DNA of 56,676 bases, counting the filler, from Sluysia triapertura (taxonomy: Eukaryota), in NCBI GenBank assembly GCA_046118255.1. It is 4 parts of 4 records of this genome, joined end to end, with 100 filler letters (N's around TTAATTAATTAA, not from the genome) between each part and the next. Parts side by side here need not be neighbours in the genome. Positions count along the whole stretch, not along the records: positions 43,427 to 56,676 come from JBJNIA010050450.1; 3 more parts are not named here. One strand, given 5' to 3'. Positions 51,970 through 56,676 of this stretch are shown here, piece after piece. A model generated the notes under the pieces. That model saw only the letters and a list, made by a program, of their open reading frames with translations. It was not told the origin of the DNA and searched no databases. How positions within the stretch are numbered: the stretch's first letter is position 1; the number at the start of each line of letters is the position of its first letter. The position numbers were made by a program, and so were the translations under genes.

Positions 51970-52490
51970 TAATATAATGCAGTAAGTTCAATAAGTAGGC
52001 GGAAAATCTCACACATATTTAGTAAACCATTTTTCTACATACTTCCACCGGGTTACGAAGTCCTCAATATTTTTAGAATATAAGAATTATTTCATAATTA
52101 ATCTACCCTGTTAACAAATTACAAGTACCAAATTAGAACACTATAACGAAGATGCTTTTTTGGTTTTTAGCATTTATGATTGCTCCTTTTTAATAATATC
52201 CACTTCTAATCGATGTACTAAATTTTCCTTCATTAAAAACAGAAATTCTTCAATTTTAAAGCTCCGTCGTTTTATAGTTGCATGCAATGAGTATGCATTG
52301 ATTATTTGGCACTGCATAATTGAGTAACATAAACAACTTTACCATTCGTACACATTGCAAATTTTCCCTAAATAAAATATTGAAAATCATTGTCATTGAC
52401 AGTGCATTTTCATAATACTGCCAACCTTTTCCTGAAATCAATTTCCATAGGATACCGATATATGCAATAAATTATGTTGCGTCATTATTC
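51970..52490 (-). pseudogene. Degenerate ankyrin-repeat gene fragment
   Basis: Successive ANK-like pieces in shifting frames: HNLLHISVSYGN, ENLQCVRM, CILIACNY, KGAIINAKNQK, CEIFRLLIE. Confidence 0.4.
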
Positions 52491-54029
52491 AAATAACATC
52501 TTATAATTTTACTCATCAAAGTTGCAATAAAAATAGAAAATTTCATTTAAAAAATTATATCGTCAAAATGATTTAGATTAAATATTTATTTTGAAATTAA
52601 TATGTAACAAAAATATCTTAATTGTATAAAAATGCTTCTCAAAACAAAGGGTTAAATATATTGCGATTAATTATTTACTGGTCACTCTCTTTAGATTAAA
52701 TTGAAAGCACTTCTAATACAGTCAAGAAATGAAGAACAAAGTACATTCACAATTTTGATGAAGAAATCGATATATCATTATCTTCATATTACATTTGCAA
52801 TGTTAAAAAGCACTTACACTTTGAAATTTTAATAAATTTCTGGATCTTAAAGTTAAAAATCATAGAATCTCATTTCCCATATTATTATTATTTTATCGTA
52901 ATTCTTACGTAATAAAACACATTAATTAGGAAAAACATTAGTTACTTTATTGTGCAATATCATTTGTGGATTAAGCTTGTTTAAAACGCAGCACAATTAT
53001 TGTAGCTTCATCTTAGTTACTAATTTATTTTCAGTTTTACTATTTATTACCACGATGACACAATCCGAAGAATTCTAAAATCACTTGTATATAAAATTGG
53101 TTTCCTTGAGTTTGTTCAATTCTTTTTAATAATTCCAATATCATAAATATTTATTTATTTAAAATGTATTAAAAGCATAAAAATAAACCCGAACTAAATG
53201 CATGATATTTTAAAAATATTTGTTTTAAAGTCAAATTCTCAAATTCTAATATTAAATATAAATTTATATCAATACAACATTTTAGATATTAAACTTAGCT
53301 ACTGGCATAGTTGAATTTACTTTTACAATTTATCTTATATTACTTCGATTTGTCAATTCACATCCGGTTATAAGAAAAATTGCAAGCATTTTAAAATATA
53401 CATGAACGCTATTTCAAAAGGTATTATTTCAGCGCCATCAACCAACTTGTATCACTTTGAGTGATTGGATGACTTCTTATATTGATTCGCTTACCTACTC
53501 ACAAATTTTTTTTCATGATATTAAGCACCTATTACATTTAATAAGTTTATCGCAATTTACCTCAAATTTAATTATATTATGACATATTTAATCGAAATCA
53601 TTTTTTATTTATAACATTAAATTCCAGAAATTTAATTTTACGAAACGCCACTCATTAATTTCAGGGAATGTTGAAACTTACATTGGCCTATATTGGTCAT
53701 AATAATACAATGCGAATTCCATTTCAAATTACAAACATCATTGAAATTTAACTATGAATATAATTTCATAATTATTTAAGAGCTTTAAATTACCAGGCAC
53801 ACAAAGTATGAAGTTAAGTATTTTCTTAAGCAATTTAAATTTAAAGCTCTATTAGAAAATTCAACACCCAAGCATTATATATATTTATATTCTCTCAAAA
53901 AATATAAAACCAAAGTTAAAATCTTAAATATCTACATATGAGTAATATTAAAATTTTTAATAGTAAATCTAAAAATATGTAAAATAAACAGAAAGACACG
54001 TTATAAAAATCTCACCTAACTGATTTAAA

Positions 54030-56309
54030 TCAATGAGAAGAAAAATTCGGCGTCATAAATTCCACTTCTAAATTATTCGTTTTGAATTTAGTGCCATTAT
54101 ACTGCTCTTTGAATTGTTGTGCCACATCACGATCTTTTAAAGTAATTACAGCTTCACCATTGTGACGATTATTTGTATAACACATCTGAATTGATATCAC
54201 TTGCGGTTTAAATCCTTTCAAATAACTCGATAATTGACTGTGACCAATGTAGGTAGGCAATTTCTTTAGTTTTACTTTTATATGACCAGATTTATCAATA
54301 TCGCTTGGTTTTTGATCTAATGTACTATTATTGCAATCACCATTCGATTCTTTATTTGCAGTAGATATATTGTGATTATTACTGGGCTGTGTCGTAGTTT
54401 TAACAGGAGGCGAAGGTGTACTTGGATCTGGACGATTATTTGTATTTGCAACCGACAAAGTTTTTACGAAACTAGATTTTAAAGTTTGATAAGTACTTGT
54501 ACTTATAGTATTAATGGTAAAACTAAAATTGGATTTGTTCTTTATTTCATGAACAATTTTGGAACAAGTTGAAGGCGTAATGAAATCAATAATTGCTTCG
54601 GTACCATTAACAATAATATTTGACATCGGAATAACCGTAGGTGACAGCAAATTACATAAAGTGGATGCTGTTGTACCAGGACGCAATTTTTCTAATTTAG
54701 CACATGTCATTGCATTTTTTAATTCCTCCACATAACGTTGAGCAGCAATATGTGGCTTCACTGGTTCTAAAGGCTTGGTAAAATCCTTCTTTTTACCAAC
54801 AAAATTTGTCATTTTTTTATATTGATTCAATGAAATTGCCAATACACGAATTTTTTCATTATCCATTTTTGAATCATTGAAAGATAAAATCTTTAACATT
54901 GTTTCTTCATCTAAACCACTCAGCAATACAGATACACGGCTATCATTAACAATAAATAATACTTTGATGTTTTCAAATTTTATACTAAAATGCTTTTCAA
55001 GTTTTTCCACAGAAACATCTGACGGAACACTATAAATTTCAATGCAACGATCTTTAAAATATGGCGACCTATCATCAATAGGTGTTTTTGATGTGTAAGA
55101 TTTTAAATTCGCTGATTCTGTTGCTGATTCAAATTCTTCTAAAGTACATTTTTCGACAGTTATAATGACACCTTGAACACTTTTTTTATTTAAAGCTAAA
55201 GCCTTAACCGCTTCGTCGTCATTAGTAAATTTAATAAAAACATAACCAGTTAATCTTTTATCATTATCACATTCTATTTTTATACCAGTTTTAGATACTA
55301 TTGTCATACCATGAAATATTTCAAATATTTTTTTAAGCTGTATCAAAAAGTTTGGTAAGCAAACCTTGACAGCAAATGTAGCAGTAATTTTAGATTTACG
55401 ATCATCATTTCGTCGAGTCTGCGATTTATCAGGTGACATCCTACGAATATCTTTCCGACTTGGTTTTTCATCATTTCTACGAAAATTATGATCAATTTTA
55501 TTATTGATATCTTCATAACGACCATTGATATAATAATCGAATTGACGAGGCCTTTCACTTTCTAAATATAAGCGCTCATAACGTGCGATTTCGTTTCCGC
55601 TACTGTAACGAACATAATCGTATTCATCAAATTCAGTATTCATATTAAATCTTTCTTCCGGAACACGTAAATTACGATAATTGTCTCTTTCATCATATCG
55701 ACGATTAATCATATAATTATCATTATAACGATATAAATCATAATCATGATAATTGTGTTGCGGCAAAATACCCTTTCGCATATACTGATCTCTGACTTCG
55801 TAACCAATTCCATTACTCTTAGCAGAATTGCGATATGAAAATTCTGTTGGACGTGGTGGTGCGTCATTAATCAAACTTTGTTGTGAATAATCAATAACTC
55901 TTACTTTTGAAATAGGTTCAGACACTGAAACATTAGGATCAAAATAAGAATAAGCCCGTTTCTGTTCAACTTTCAACGATGTTGATTGAGAAATATGTAA
56001 TGCTGGTTGAGGTGACAGTGATGGACTGCACTGGCTCAAAACTCGATTTTGGGCTTCTGTAATCAATGTTTGCATTTCAGATTTACTGCTCAACATCAGT
56101 CGGATTGGTATAGAATTAATGCACTGACCAGACAAAAGCATTCCCTTACGCGCATCTTCATCAGTTGCAAATACGATAAACGCATCTCCATTTTCACCAC
56201 CAATAATATTTACACCACCATCAGGAATTTGGAGGCCTTGGAAAAATTCTCGAATACTAGCAGCATTAGCAGATAGCGGTAAGTTTTGTAAACGTATAAT
56301 TACAGACAT
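54030..56309 (-). CDS. RBM12: RNA-binding protein 12 family (RBM12/RBM12B/SWAN-like), multi-RRM, intronless
   Basis: The N-terminus MSVIIRLQNLPLSANAASIREFFQGLQIPDGGVNIIGGENGDAFIVFATDEDARKGM is the diagnostic RBM12 RRM1. Further RRM-like units follow (GYVFIKF; GEAVITL). Uninterrupted 759-aa ORF. Confidence 0.93.
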   Translation of the reverse strand: MSVIIRLQNLPLSANAASIREFFQGLQIPDGGVNIIGGENGDAFIVFATDEDARKGMLLSGQCINSIPIRLMLSSKSEMQTLITEAQNRVLSQCSPSLSPQPALHISQSTSLKVEQKRAYSYFDPNVSVSEPISKVRVIDYSQQSLINDAPPRPTEFSYRNSAKSNGIGYEVRDQYMRKGILPQHNYHDYDLYRYNDNYMINRRYDERDNYRNLRVPEERFNMNTEFDEYDYVRYSSGNEIARYERLYLESERPRQFDYYINGRYEDINNKIDHNFRRNDEKPSRKDIRRMSPDKSQTRRNDDRKSKITATFAVKVCLPNFLIQLKKIFEIFHGMTIVSKTGIKIECDNDKRLTGYVFIKFTNDDEAVKALALNKKSVQGVIITVEKCTLEEFESATESANLKSYTSKTPIDDRSPYFKDRCIEIYSVPSDVSVEKLEKHFSIKFENIKVLFIVNDSRVSVLLSGLDEETMLKILSFNDSKMDNEKIRVLAISLNQYKKMTNFVGKKKDFTKPLEPVKPHIAAQRYVEELKNAMTCAKLEKLRPGTTASTLCNLLSPTVIPMSNIIVNGTEAIIDFITPSTCSKIVHEIKNKSNFSFTINTISTSTYQTLKSSFVKTLSVANTNNRPDPSTPSPPVKTTTQPSNNHNISTANKESNGDCNNSTLDQKPSDIDKSGHIKVKLKKLPTYIGHSQLSSYLKGFKPQVISIQMCYTNNRHNGEAVITLKDRDVAQQFKEQYNGTKFKTNNLEVEFMTPNFSSH

Positions 56310-56676
56310 ATTACTTCAATATGTAGAATAATTACAAAATTATTCTTGCAGAATTCTTTTTGCAATGATAAATAAAGTTTTTTTTAATATAATTTCCGCA
56401 AAATGAATATAAATATATATAATAATATAATTTATATTTACTTATAATTTTTACTTTTTCAATTGTAAAAAAATTATATCGTATATTAAAAAATAATGTA
56501 AATAAAAATGCTTTAGTAAAACAAATACTTAAATAGATTATTTTTATTGAATAAGTTAAATGAATATAAAGTATAGTATAATATTTTATTGCGTAATAAT
56601 ATAATATATATTTACAAAATACAAATTGTAATAATTCAAAGATTTATTATGGTACTGGTGATTATTATTTCTGATA

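Noticed and set aside
55343-56276. Small ORFs overlapping RBM12 (55343..55558, 56049..56276), and antisense ORFs over the gypsy and MPP5 exons
   Set aside because: Shadow frames of real coding sequence.

Overview
This is AT-rich eukaryotic (animal) genomic DNA with short GT-AG introns (35-58 nt seen). It has four assembly gaps, three of which contain an artificial TTAATTAATTAA linker. The compact architecture would fit a reduced invertebrate genome such as an orthonectid, but the species cannot be established from the sequence. Recognisable host genes: (i) a chromodomain gene on the minus strand (11145 downward), possibly MPP8-like with a decayed 3' half; (ii) the terminal exon of a C20orf85/CIMIP1 (LLC1-domain) ciliary protein; (iii) six exons of a PALS1/MPP5/stardust MAGUK (L27N-L27C-PDZ-SH3; the GuK part was not found); (iv) an intronless RBM12-family multi-RRM gene. 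The rest is mostly deletion-eroded mobile elements (two Ty3/gypsy remnants, L2/CR1-type LINE pieces, Tc1, mariner and rosa-type elements, TTAA piggyBac-type MITEs, a tRNA-derived SINE) and pseudogene fragments (dynein light chain LC8, ankyrin, RING, CCCH). The most striking observation is the Ty3/gypsy element inside the PALS1 intron. After RT-RNaseH-integrase it carries a retropepsin-type aspartic protease and then an Env-like type-I membrane ORF. A second, divergent gypsy remnant in the window shows an alignable protease-like motif at the same post-integrase position.
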